A stretch of 64,000 nt of DNA from an uncultured Candidatus Saccharibacteria bacterium (GTDB lineage: Bacteria > Patescibacteriota > Minisyncoccia > Phycocordibacterales > UBA5272), in the NCBI GenBank assembly GCA_964491805.1, contig CAZBGU010000001.1:1446-65445 (forward strand), read 5' to 3'. How positions within the stretch are numbered: position 1 is the stretch's first letter; every line of letters starts with the position of its first letter. Positions 47,403 through 56,304 of the stretch are shown here, one piece after another. A program made the position numbers and the translations under genes. Below the pieces are notes generated by a model. It was not told where the DNA came from. It saw only the letters and a program-made list of their open reading frames with translations, and did no database searches.

Positions 47403-49671
47403 GAGTGGTTTTTTGTTGGTTGAAGTTATACTCACAAGTGCTTTATTCTTTCTTTTTGTAACTGCATTCGTTGGCGTATTGTATTACGCAATACAGTCGT
47501 CATCATTTGCAGGTGACCGGTCACGCGCTGTGATGCTTGCTGAAGAAGGCCAAGAAGCTGTAAGGAGTATCAAAAATGCTAATTTTTCTAATCTTACAGA
47601 TGGGACGTATGGTCTTACTTTTTCGGGTAATACGTGGAGTTTCTCAGGAACACAAGATATTTCTGGTGCTTTTACTCGTAAGGTTATTATAACTACACCA
47701 TCAACAAATAGAAAAAATGTTGAAGTTGTTGTCTCGTGGCAGCAGACTCCAGATAGAGTTGGAAGCGTTAGTATTCCTGCGCGTTTTTCAAACTGGAGAA
47801 CGATTCTTAATCCAGGAGTTGGGGTTACGGTAACAAGTGTTGTCATTAATCATGGTCAGTCAAAAAATGTTAATGACTTTGCACCGTATAAAGTTGGAAC
47901 GACAACTGTAACATTGGCTTCTTCTACTATCTTTTCTCCCGGCACATATGTAGTCACCGCTGCTACAAGTTCTAACTATACACAAACATTTAGCGGGGAC
48001 TGTAATGTGAGTGGTCAGCTTACAATTACTGCAGGAGCAGCTAAGGTGTGTACTATTACGTACGAAGAAAAACTTGCATATGTAACACTTACTAATACTG
48101 TTATTAATCACGGCAGGACAAAAACAACTGCTGATTTTGCTCCGTATAAAGTTGGATCGACTACGGTTACTTTGGGAGCGACGACGCCTATAAATTCCGG
48201 ATCTTATTCTATTAGTGAAACAACAGATGTTAATTATAACCTAACATTTACAGGTGACTGTTTTACTAATGGTACTATCACACTTAATCCTGGCAGTAAC
48301 ACAACATGTGCGCTAACAAATGAGGAAATAATAACAGGGGGCGGAGGGGGAAGTCAGTCACTTGCTGGAATTATAATTTATGGGGACGGCACTAATATTC
48401 CCAAGTATAGAACCTTCAACCATGTAACAAATGTATTTAGTGCAGAGACTGGGACGTTTGTTGCGACAGTCGGGCCAACTTGGCTTATACGAACATCCCC
48501 AACACAGCACATTGCTCTTGCTGGGTACTATGACTCTACTGCGACACTTACGATTATGTGTTTTGACGGAATAACGTGGACACAAGAATTTCGTGCAGCG
48601 TCAGGTGGTGTTGGTAATCGTCATCGTTTTGATATTGCTTTTGAAAAGACATCCGGCGACGCAATGGTACTTTTTAGTAAAGGGAACAATATTCTTGGGG
48701 CACTTGGGTATAAAACTAAAACAGGCGGGACCGGTTGCGGAGCTGGCTGGGCAGCAGAACAGACCCTTACCCCGCAGAGAACGACAAATGATATTATGTA
48801 CGTAAAACTTGCGCAAGATAGACGTGCTGGCTCAAACCTATTAGCTGCCACATGGGTTGATATTAATGAAGATATTTCAGCTAAGATATGGGCTGGCTCA
48901 GCTTGGGTAAATGAGCCTTCATCTGTTACGGATAATAATCTTGAAAAGGTCACCACTTCTCACGATATTGAGAATATGGATATTGAGTATGAGTCTTTGT
49001 CAGGAGATCTCATGCTTGTTTGGTCAAATGCCCTAGGTAATAATGGTACTAATGGTGCTCGTTATAGAACATGTAATGGTGGTATAGCTATGTGTACATG
49101 GGGGGCAGTGACAACACCGCCATCGTTTCTTGATGATGCAACGAGTCTTGACATTGCTGCAAATCAAAATACTGACGAGATGGTTTTTGCATCGATTGGT
49201 AATGCTGGGGGAGATCTACAGTTAGGGTATTGGAATGGAAATGGATGGACAAATACTGCAAACGTAGACACATCATGTACTGTTCCGTATACTGCATCAA
49301 AGCTTGTTTCTACGGGTTGGCTCACGCTTGGAAGCACAACACGATCTATTGTGGTGTATTCTGACCTTAGTTCTACTGCTATTAATTGGTACACTGGTAA
49401 CGCTGGAGTCTTTACGCGACAAGCTGACTTTGTCCCAACTAGTCCAGTTGCTTCACCTCGCGGGTATATGGATATCCACATGAACCCGCGAGATCAGTCT
49501 CAACTCATGTATCTTACTTCTGATAATAATAGTGATCTATTTGCAAAGCGTCTTATGTTAACAGGGACATCAACGTTTACGTGGACTAATTCTGATGGTG
49601 GTTCGGCACTAGAGACAACGCTTCCACAGATTATTTCTTCCCCATTTTCATTTGCCTTTTGGCAACAGTAG
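47377..49671 (+). CDS. Large (764 aa) pilin-like protein with prepilin leader and two ~80-aa internal tandem repeats, candidate tip adhesin
   Basis: Leader 'MKKERLTTRSG/FLLVEV' (E at +5). Repeats 'VINHGQSKNVNDFAPYKVGTTTVTL...' and 'VINHGRTKTTADFAPYKVGSTTVTL...'. Start overlaps the upstream gene by 26 nt. Confidence 0.55.
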   Translation: MKKERLTTRSGFLLVEVILTSALFFLFVTAFVGVLYYAIQSSSFAGDRSRAVMLAEEGQEAVRSIKNANFSNLTDGTYGLTFSGNTWSFSGTQDISGAFTRKVIITTPSTNRKNVEVVVSWQQTPDRVGSVSIPARFSNWRTILNPGVGVTVTSVVINHGQSKNVNDFAPYKVGTTTVTLASSTIFSPGTYVVTAATSSNYTQTFSGDCNVSGQLTITAGAAKVCTITYEEKLAYVTLTNTVINHGRTKTTADFAPYKVGSTTVTLGATTPINSGSYSISETTDVNYNLTFTGDCFTNGTITLNPGSNTTCALTNEEIITGGGGGSQSLAGIIIYGDGTNIPKYRTFNHVTNVFSAETGTFVATVGPTWLIRTSPTQHIALAGYYDSTATLTIMCFDGITWTQEFRAASGGVGNRHRFDIAFEKTSGDAMVLFSKGNNILGALGYKTKTGGTGCGAGWAAEQTLTPQRTTNDIMYVKLAQDRRAGSNLLAATWVDINEDISAKIWAGSAWVNEPSSVTDNNLEKVTTSHDIENMDIEYESLSGDLMLVWSNALGNNGTNGARYRTCNGGIAMCTWGAVTTPPSFLDDATSLDIAANQNTDEMVFASIGNAGGDLQLGYWNGNGWTNTANVDTSCTVPYTASKLVSTGWLTLGSTTRSIVVYSDLSSTAINWYTGNAGVFTRQADFVPTSPVASPRGYMDIHMNPRDQSQLMYLTSDNNSDLFAKRLMLTGTSTFTWTNSDGGSALETTLPQIISSPFSFAFWQQ

Positions 49672-50189
49672 TACGTATGAATATCCTTAAAACACAAAAA
49701 GGCTTCACCTTGGTGGAAATGGTGCTTTATGTTGCGCTCTGCTCTCTTCTACTTCTTTCTTTATCTGGTTTCACATCGTTTCTTTTAGAGACCAAAACAA
49801 GAAGTCAAGCTATTAACGAAGTTAATCAACAAGGTTCGCAAGTAATGTCACTCATTGTACAGACTATTAGAAACAGTAAAAGTGTAGAATCTCCACAGTT
49901 TGGACAAAGCTCTTCAACGCTTTCTGTAACAACATCAAACCCATTACTTAACCCTACGGTTTTTTTATTAAGCACCACCACTCTTGTTGTTAGTGAGGCC
50001 GGTAAAACTTCAATTGCGCTTACTAATTCTCGAGTAGCAGTTTCTTCTCTATTATTTCAAAATATTTCTTCAACATCTTCATTAGAGAAGAATATCAGAA
50101 TATCATTTACGATTGACGCAGTTAACAAAAGCGGTAGAGGAGAGTATTCGTATACAAAAACGTTTAATGGTAGTGCTATAATTCACTAA
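49659..50189 (+). CDS. Prepilin-type pseudopilin
   Basis: 'KTQKG/FTLVEMVLYVAL'. Confidence 0.65.
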   Translation: MATVVRMNILKTQKGFTLVEMVLYVALCSLLLLSLSGFTSFLLETKTRSQAINEVNQQGSQVMSLIVQTIRNSKSVESPQFGQSSSTLSVTTSNPLLNPTVFLLSTTTLVVSEAGKTSIALTNSRVAVSSLLFQNISSTSSLEKNIRISFTIDAVNKSGRGEYSYTKTFNGSAIIH

Positions 50190-50196
50190 TCAAACT

Positions 50197-50613
50197 TTGA
50201 TGAAAAGTATATCAGTAGAAAAATACAGAACAGTAAGAAAGGGGTATATTGCATTGCTTTCAGTTATATTTATTTCAGCAATTGGTGTCTTGATTATGCT
50301 TTCTGTTATTGCGTCAGGAGTTGATGCGTCTAAAACCGACTATGTATCTCAACAATCAGGACAGTCAAGAGCGATGGCTTCTTCGTGCGCAGAAGAAGCT
50401 TTACAGAAGATACTCGAAACAGGCACGACGTCAAGTGTAGGGACACTTACTATAGCTTCTGGGACCTGTACATATGTAATAAGCTCGGTCGGTGGTTTGC
50501 ACGTTGATTCGACTGGTGTTTTTGGATCTATCACATCAAAGGTAAAAGTAGTAATTTCGACAACATCCCCTTCAATTGTCTTATCCTCATGGTCAGAAGT
50601 TGCAGACTTCTAA
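50197..50613 (+). CDS. Pilin-like protein with non-canonical leader (PilX-like?)
   Basis: 'RKGYIALLSVIFISAIGVLIML' hydrophobic N-terminus. No Glu at +5. Confidence 0.4.
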   Translation: MMKSISVEKYRTVRKGYIALLSVIFISAIGVLIMLSVIASGVDASKTDYVSQQSGQSRAMASSCAEEALQKILETGTTSSVGTLTIASGTCTYVISSVGGLHVDSTGVFGSITSKVKVVISTTSPSIVLSSWSEVADF

Positions 50614-50756
50614 AACCATAATTGTCTGCTATACTGAAAAGGTAGGTCAGCAAGGGTTATTCCTTCTGCCGCTCGGGTGTTAAAACCTAAAAGTGTTTTT
50701 ATTATTTAAAAGTTAAATTAGTTTCGAATACAGCTATATCGTATTCATTATATTTT

Positions 50757-51212
50757 ATGAAAAAAATACTACGCAGTCAGAAGGGATTTACACTTATTGA
50801 AATCCTCCTTGTGGTTGCAGCTATCGCTATTCTTGCAGGTATCGTTATCGTGGCTATTAACCCAGCTAAGCAGCTTGGCGACACACGTAATGCTTCAAGA
50901 AATTCAGCTGTAAACACAATTCTTAATGCCATTACACAGTATTCAGTTGACAATAACGGTATCCTTCCGTCTGGAATTACCGCAACTTCGACAGAAATCT
51001 GTTCTTCATCTGTAGCAACATCATCATGTACAGGTCTTGTTGACCTTTCTGTTCTTACAGCTGGTGGTAAGTACATTACTGCTATTCCAGATGAACCACA
51101 GAAGACCAATCCTAACGGAGCTGGTTATACAGTTTCTAAGAATGCAGCTGGTCGTATCACCGTGAGTGCACAGTTCCCAGAAAGTGGTGCTGTTATCTCG
51201 GTAACACGCTAA
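50757..51212 (+). CDS. Type IV major pilin, copy 1
   Basis: 'MKKILRSQKG/FTLIEILLVVAAIAILAGIV'. Conserved Cys pair. Confidence 0.75.
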   Translation: MKKILRSQKGFTLIEILLVVAAIAILAGIVIVAINPAKQLGDTRNASRNSAVNTILNAITQYSVDNNGILPSGITATSTEICSSSVATSSCTGLVDLSVLTAGGKYITAIPDEPQKTNPNGAGYTVSKNAAGRITVSAQFPESGAVISVTR

Positions 51213-51232
51213 ATAAACAGAACTAGAATTAT

Positions 51233-51688
51233 ATGAAAAAAATACTACGCAGTCAGAAGGGATTTACACTTATTGAAATCCTCCTTGTGGTTGCAGCTAT
51301 CGCTATTCTTGCAGGTATCGTTATCGTGGCTATTAACCCAGCTAAGCAGCTTGGCGACACACGTAATGCTTCAAGAAATTCAGCTGTAAACACAATTCTT
51401 AATGCCATTACACAGTATTCAGTTGACAATAACGGTATCCTTCCGTCTGGAATTACCGCAACTTCGACAGAAATCTGTTCTTCATCTGTAGCAACATCAT
51501 CATGTACAGGTCTTGTTGACCTTTCTGTTCTTACAGCTGGTGGTAAGTATGTCACCGCTATCCCTGATGAACCACAGAAGACCAATCCTAATGGTGCAGG
51601 CTATATGGTTTCAAAGAATTCTAATGGTCGCATCACTGTAAGCGCTCAGTTCCCAGAGAGTGGTGCTTCTATCTCTGTAACTAGATAG
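51233..51688 (+). CDS. Type IV major pilin, copy 2 (tandem duplicate)
   Basis: Nucleotide-identical to copy 1 over the first ~313 nt and diverged thereafter. Confidence 0.75.
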   Translation: MKKILRSQKGFTLIEILLVVAAIAILAGIVIVAINPAKQLGDTRNASRNSAVNTILNAITQYSVDNNGILPSGITATSTEICSSSVATSSCTGLVDLSVLTAGGKYVTAIPDEPQKTNPNGAGYMVSKNSNGRITVSAQFPESGASISVTR

Positions 51689-51695
51689 TCTGTGT

Positions 51696-52499
51696 ATGTT
51701 TACTTGGTTCTCTCGTAAGAAAATGACTGAATCTCGTAGTTCGGAGAAAAAAGATGATGGTTTTATATCTCTTGCTTCTCATGAATTGCGTTCACCACTG
51801 TCTATAATCAAATGGTATACAGAGATTCTTCTTGACGAAGATGCTGGCCCACTCACTAGCGACCAACGTAAGTATCTTATGACCATAGAATCAAGTAATC
51901 AGCGCGCAATTGATCTTGTTCGGTCTTTACTAAACGTATCCAGGTTAGACCTGGGTACGTTTAGTGTTTCACCTGTCAGTCTTAACATTGCAACTATACT
52001 CACGGAAGTTGTTTCATCTTTTAGCAAAGAGATGGAAGTAAAACACCTTGAGGTAATTAATAGTGCCAAGGATGTAAAGAATATTCTTGCAGACAAAAAT
52101 CTTTGTACGACTCTCGTTAAGAATGTTATTGCAAATGCAATCTCATTTTCAAGTAATGGGGGAAAGATTTTCATTGACACATCAGTTGTGTCTGCATATG
52201 AAAAGATCGGAGAGGTGACAGTTAACGAAGAAAGTATTCTTTTTTCTGTTAGAGATACCGGTATCGGTATACCTGAGGCAGATAAAGATAAGGTTTTCAC
52301 GAAGATGTTTAAAGCAGGGAATGTTAAGGATTCTGATAGTACAGGTTCTGGTCTTGGGTTATATATTACAAAAAGTATTCTCGATTATGTTGGTGGTACT
52401 ATTTGTTTCACTTCGACAGAAGGTGAAGGTTCAACTTTTTTTGTGACTTTGCCTACAAGAGGTATGGAAAAGAAAGAAGGAAGGACGACACTGGATTAA
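51696..52499 (+). CDS. Sensorless histidine kinase (HisKA + HATPase_c only)
   Basis: H-box 'ISLASHELRSPLSII'. G-boxes 'DTGIGIP', 'GSGLGLYI'. No TM or sensor domain. Confidence 0.75.
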   Translation: MFTWFSRKKMTESRSSEKKDDGFISLASHELRSPLSIIKWYTEILLDEDAGPLTSDQRKYLMTIESSNQRAIDLVRSLLNVSRLDLGTFSVSPVSLNIATILTEVVSSFSKEMEVKHLEVINSAKDVKNILADKNLCTTLVKNVIANAISFSSNGGKIFIDTSVVSAYEKIGEVTVNEESILFSVRDTGIGIPEADKDKVFTKMFKAGNVKDSDSTGSGLGLYITKSILDYVGGTICFTSTEGEGSTFFVTLPTRGMEKKEGRTTLD

Positions 52500-52610
52500 G
52501 TACAACCGTTAATTAGTAACTCTTAACTGTTTGCTTAACATAATCAAAAGCACAACACTTCTGTGTTGTGCTTTTGTTTTTGGAGTACACTTTCTCGACA
52601 AGGGCTTTCT

Positions 52611-54125
52611 TTACACGCCTCGTAACACTGTAATTTTTGCACCAATACTGTTAAGTCTTTCTGCTATGTCTGCATAGCCCCGCTTTATAGAGTAAACATT
52701 ACGAAGCATTGATGTTCCTTCTGCAGCAAGCATCGCGATAAGAATAATTGCTGTTGGACGAAGCGCTGGTGGCGATACGATTTGTGCACCTCTAAGTCGT
52801 TTGATGCCTGTGATAAGTGCCCTGTGTGGATCAAGAAGTTTAATGTCTGCTCCTAGTCTATTGAGTTCAGTAAAGTAAATTGCACGGTTCTCCCAGGTCC
52901 AGTCGTGAATAAGTGTTTGGCCATGAGCAAAGCAACAGATGGGTACAAAGAAAGGGAGATTGTCATTATTAATTCCTGGAAACGGTTGTGTATGTATCTT
53001 GTCATATGGAGCAACCAGTTCGGATGGAAATAGTGTTATATCTACAAGTACAGTTTTGTTGTTTTTTGAAAGATAGGATTTTGATTGTTTGTAAACAAGA
53101 CCCATGCGCTTCAGTTTTTCGATTTCAAGAGTTAGAAAATCTATTGGACAGCGAGTTACGGTTAGCTTTGATTTTGTAACAATACCAGCCGCAATAAAGA
53201 ACATGCTTTCTATGGGATCTTCGCTATTGTAATGTTCTACGGTGAGGTTGATTGTTTTTTTGCCGTGGACAGTTAACGTCGTTGTGCCTATGCCGTCAAT
53301 TTGTACACCGAATGACTGTAATAGAAAACATACATCTTGCACTTGGTAGTTAGGAGGTGCAAATTTAATAACAGTGGTGCCTTCTATTCTCGATGCCGCA
53401 ATTAGTGCAGTAATGGCCCCAGTGTCAGACGACTCATAGAGAGGTATAACGCCAGGGGACAGCTCTTTGTAGGAGATTTCATAGTGGTTCTCTTTCGTAA
53501 CTACCTGTACACCGAGGTAATCAAGTGCGTACTTATGCGAAGCAACAGTTCGTTCACCCATTTTACAGCCACCGGAGTGAGGAAGTGAAAACGAATCCGT
53601 GAAATGAATAAATGCGCCAGCAAAGGTAAACGATCGAATCTTTTCTGCGGCCTGTTTGTTGATCTTAGAAAAAGTGAGTTTCTTTGGTGGTGTAATTTCG
53701 AGCGCTGTATCATTATGAGTCCAACGTATCTTCACCCCAACACTTTCTAGAAGCTCTTTATAGCGGTATACCTCTTCTATGTGAGGAATGTCTCGAAGTG
53801 TTGTTGTTCCTGAGTTAACAAGTGCCGCCACCATCATGTTAATTGCACCATTCTTAGAGGTATTGGTAGCAATAGTGCCTTTCAGCTTTCTTCCACCTTC
53901 AACTTTGAAGTCTATAGTATCTTGGATGCTAACAATGTTATGCTTAAGAACCTCGCCTATTTTCATTAGTTGTTCTATAGTGACGTTTTGATTGCCTGCT
54001 TCGATGCGTGCAACTGCTGACTGAGATGTCTTAAGCTTCTCAGAAAACTCACCCTGTGTCATCCCTTTTTCTTCCCGTAATTTCTTAATAAAAAGCCCGA
54101 TTTTCTCCTGGTCATTTGGTTCCAT
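52611..54125 (-). CDS. murA: XRE-family HTH domain fused to UDP-N-acetylglucosamine 1-carboxyvinyltransferase MurA
   Basis: N-terminus 'LFIKKLREEKGMTQGEFSEKLKTSQSAVARIEAG' HTH_XRE. MurA 'KVEGGRKLKGTIATNTSKNGA', active-site Cys loop 'GGCKMGERTVASH', C-terminus 'IKRGYADIAERLNSIGAKI'. Confidence 0.75.
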   Translation of the reverse strand: MEPNDQEKIGLFIKKLREEKGMTQGEFSEKLKTSQSAVARIEAGNQNVTIEQLMKIGEVLKHNIVSIQDTIDFKVEGGRKLKGTIATNTSKNGAINMMVAALVNSGTTTLRDIPHIEEVYRYKELLESVGVKIRWTHNDTALEITPPKKLTFSKINKQAAEKIRSFTFAGAFIHFTDSFSLPHSGGCKMGERTVASHKYALDYLGVQVVTKENHYEISYKELSPGVIPLYESSDTGAITALIAASRIEGTTVIKFAPPNYQVQDVCFLLQSFGVQIDGIGTTTLTVHGKKTINLTVEHYNSEDPIESMFFIAAGIVTKSKLTVTRCPIDFLTLEIEKLKRMGLVYKQSKSYLSKNNKTVLVDITLFPSELVAPYDKIHTQPFPGINNDNLPFFVPICCFAHGQTLIHDWTWENRAIYFTELNRLGADIKLLDPHRALITGIKRLRGAQIVSPPALRPTAIILIAMLAAEGTSMLRNVYSIKRGYADIAERLNSIGAKITVLRGV

Positions 54126-54194
54126 ACGTAATCAATATATCATATGTGATATATTGATAGCAATATAAAGGGTGGATAAACCAAAATACTTCTG

Positions 54195-55499
54195 TTATCT
54201 AAAAAGAGATTCAATCGTAAAGAGTGAAATAATGGCCATAATAATCGTGGTAATGACGACTAACGTATTGCTTAATCTTCCGTTGGTCATGTTGCCAAGT
54301 ATTTTCTTGTTGTTTGCTACAAAGAGAATAATAACAAGTAAAGGCGCAGCCAAAACACCGTTTACTGCTGCTGCATAATACAGCATGAGAATTGGATCAA
54401 TATTGATAAAATTAAGAAGAACCCCAACAAGAATAGAGACTGTAAGGACTCCATAGAAACCGACAGCCTGTTTGAATGATTTGCTTAGACCAAGCGGTAT
54501 TCCTAGTGTTTCTGCAACTGCGTAGGCGACAGCTCCAGCAAGTACAGGTATCGCAAGAAGGCCAGTTCCTAAGATACCGAATGCAAAGAGATACACGGCA
54601 AAATCTCCGGCTAGAGGTCTTAATGCCTCCGCAAGTTCGGTTGCTGATGTGATGGTGTGGTGTCCTCCTGTAACGGTTCCCGATGCGGTAACTATGATAA
54701 AGAATGCAATAAGATTAGATAAGAACATACCGGTAATGGTGTCAGCACGCATCTGGTGTATATCGCCTTTTGTTATCTTCGGTCTACCTTTACCAAAAGC
54801 TACGATTTTTCGTGATTCTATTTCTTCTTCTACTTCTTCGTCTGCTTGCCAGAAGAAAAGGTATGGGGAGATAGTGGTTCCAAGAAATGCTGTAATATTA
54901 AGGAGAAAATCCTTGTTCCATTCCATATGGGGAACAAAAGCAGCTATAGTTACTGTGCTCCAGTCTTGGTGAATGAAAAATGCAGCGACAACATACGAAA
55001 GAACAGTTGCTGCAAAATACTTAAGTATTTTTGCATAGAGGTGATATGGAATATAGATTGCAGATACGAGTGTGAAGATGGTTATCACAATGAGTGAGAC
55101 ACCAAACGAAAGAGGGGAGATAAGACTAGTTGCTTGCCCCATGGCACCAAGATCTGCACCAATATTGATGATGTTAGCAACACTAAGGAGCAGCACCGCA
55201 ATGACGAGAAGTTTTTTTGAATAGTGTGACTTAATAACACCGGCGATACCTTTACCTGTTGTCATGCCAATACGTGCACACATTTCCTGAACAGCTATCA
55301 TAAGCGGCAGAGAATACAGTGTCATCCATAGTTGTGAGAGGCCAAAAATTGCGCCTGTTTGTGCATATGTTGCGATTCCTGATGGATCATCATCTGCTAC
55401 ACCAGTTACAATGCCAGGGCCAAGTGAGCGGGAGATACGTTTTAGGATGGATGATGGTGACATATGAGCAAAGTATAACAGAGGACAGATAACAGACAA
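54195..55499 (-). CDS. mntH: NRAMP-family divalent metal (Mn2+/Fe2+) transporter MntH
   Basis: 'GPGIVTGVADDDPSGIATYAQTGA...MCARIGMTTG'. 11 TM. Confidence 0.8.
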   Translation of the reverse strand: MSVICPLLYFAHMSPSSILKRISRSLGPGIVTGVADDDPSGIATYAQTGAIFGLSQLWMTLYSLPLMIAVQEMCARIGMTTGKGIAGVIKSHYSKKLLVIAVLLLSVANIINIGADLGAMGQATSLISPLSFGVSLIVITIFTLVSAIYIPYHLYAKILKYFAATVLSYVVAAFFIHQDWSTVTIAAFVPHMEWNKDFLLNITAFLGTTISPYLFFWQADEEVEEEIESRKIVAFGKGRPKITKGDIHQMRADTITGMFLSNLIAFFIIVTASGTVTGGHHTITSATELAEALRPLAGDFAVYLFAFGILGTGLLAIPVLAGAVAYAVAETLGIPLGLSKSFKQAVGFYGVLTVSILVGVLLNFINIDPILMLYYAAAVNGVLAAPLLVIILFVANNKKILGNMTNGRLSNTLVVITTIIMAIISLFTIESLFR

Positions 55500-55527
55500 T
55501 AGATGACAGAGAATACTTGATTTTTAA

Positions 55528-55875
55528 TTGTATACTAAAGATATGAAAACAACTCAGTTTCTAGAATATATCCTGTATGATATTTTTGGTGAGCATGAGC
55601 CAATAACTGCGCGAGCGATGATGGGTGCACATGTTCTTTACTATGAAGGTAAGGCTTTTGCTATTGTTGAAAATGAAGAGTTGTACTTCAAAGGCTCGAA
55701 GGAATTAAAAGAGTGGTACCTGTCTCGTGGCAGTAAACAGTTTACGTATACGAAAGAAGGAGAGGACGCACATCTGTATTATTTTCTCGTACCGTCTGAA
55801 ATTTATGAAGACAGAGTAGCGCGAGATGAGTGGTTAGATGTTGCGCTCAGTGTAGCGAAGCTGCCAAAAAGTTGA
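55528..55875 (+). CDS. TfoX N-terminal-domain-like protein
   Basis: 'ARAMMGAHVLYYEGKAFAIVENEELYFKG' resembles the TfoX_N family. Confidence 0.35.
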   Translation: MYTKDMKTTQFLEYILYDIFGEHEPITARAMMGAHVLYYEGKAFAIVENEELYFKGSKELKEWYLSRGSKQFTYTKEGEDAHLYYFLVPSEIYEDRVARDEWLDVALSVAKLPKS

Positions 55876-55976
55876 CTTCCATACAAGATGCTAAATAAGA
55901 TGCAGATTAGAAAATTAAATTCGATAAATCCGATTAAGTATGGTAGGATTTAGTTTCCACCAGCAAGGAGATTTCC

Positions 55977-56228
55977 ATGGCACAGCAGAAAAGCAGCAAG
56001 AAGAAACCCAACTTCTTGCAATTTGCAAAGAAAGTGGGAAAGAAAAAGCGAGGAGGTCAGGGAAGTGGCAAGCAAAAGAGACAGCCCACTAGTCCGTCGC
56101 GCGAAACTCAACTTGTCCTCGGTAGTCGTGGCTACTGTGCAGTGAAGTGTGGTCGCTGCGTGAGCTGCCTTGTTGCTCTCAGTGACGAGACGAATAACGC
56201 CAGGATCTCACGGTTCACTCGATGGTGA
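55977..56228 (+). CDS. Small Lys-rich basic protein with C-terminal Cys cluster (hypothetical)
   Basis: 'KKKPNF..KKVGKKKRGGQGSGKQKR' then 'CAVKCGRCVSC'. Locally GC-rich. Followed by a bidirectional terminator. Confidence 0.3.
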   Translation: MAQQKSSKKKPNFLQFAKKVGKKKRGGQGSGKQKRQPTSPSRETQLVLGSRGYCAVKCGRCVSCLVALSDETNNARISRFTRW

Positions 56229-56246
56229 GTGCCACTCCTTCTTGTG

Positions 56247-56276
56247 AGGCCGTCGCAGTCGCGACGGCCTTTCTTA
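56247..56276. terminator. Bidirectional intrinsic terminator
   Basis: aggccgtcgc agt gcgacggcct, then ttctt. Confidence 0.55.
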
Positions 56277-56304
56277 ATTGCTGTTGTTTGCTATTTACTA
56301 CACT

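Noticed and set aside
50777-51585. Two identical 110-aa minus-strand ORFs (50777..51109 and 51253..51585).
   Set aside because: They are antisense shadows of the duplicated pilin genes. Their identity simply mirrors the identical 5' pilin segments.
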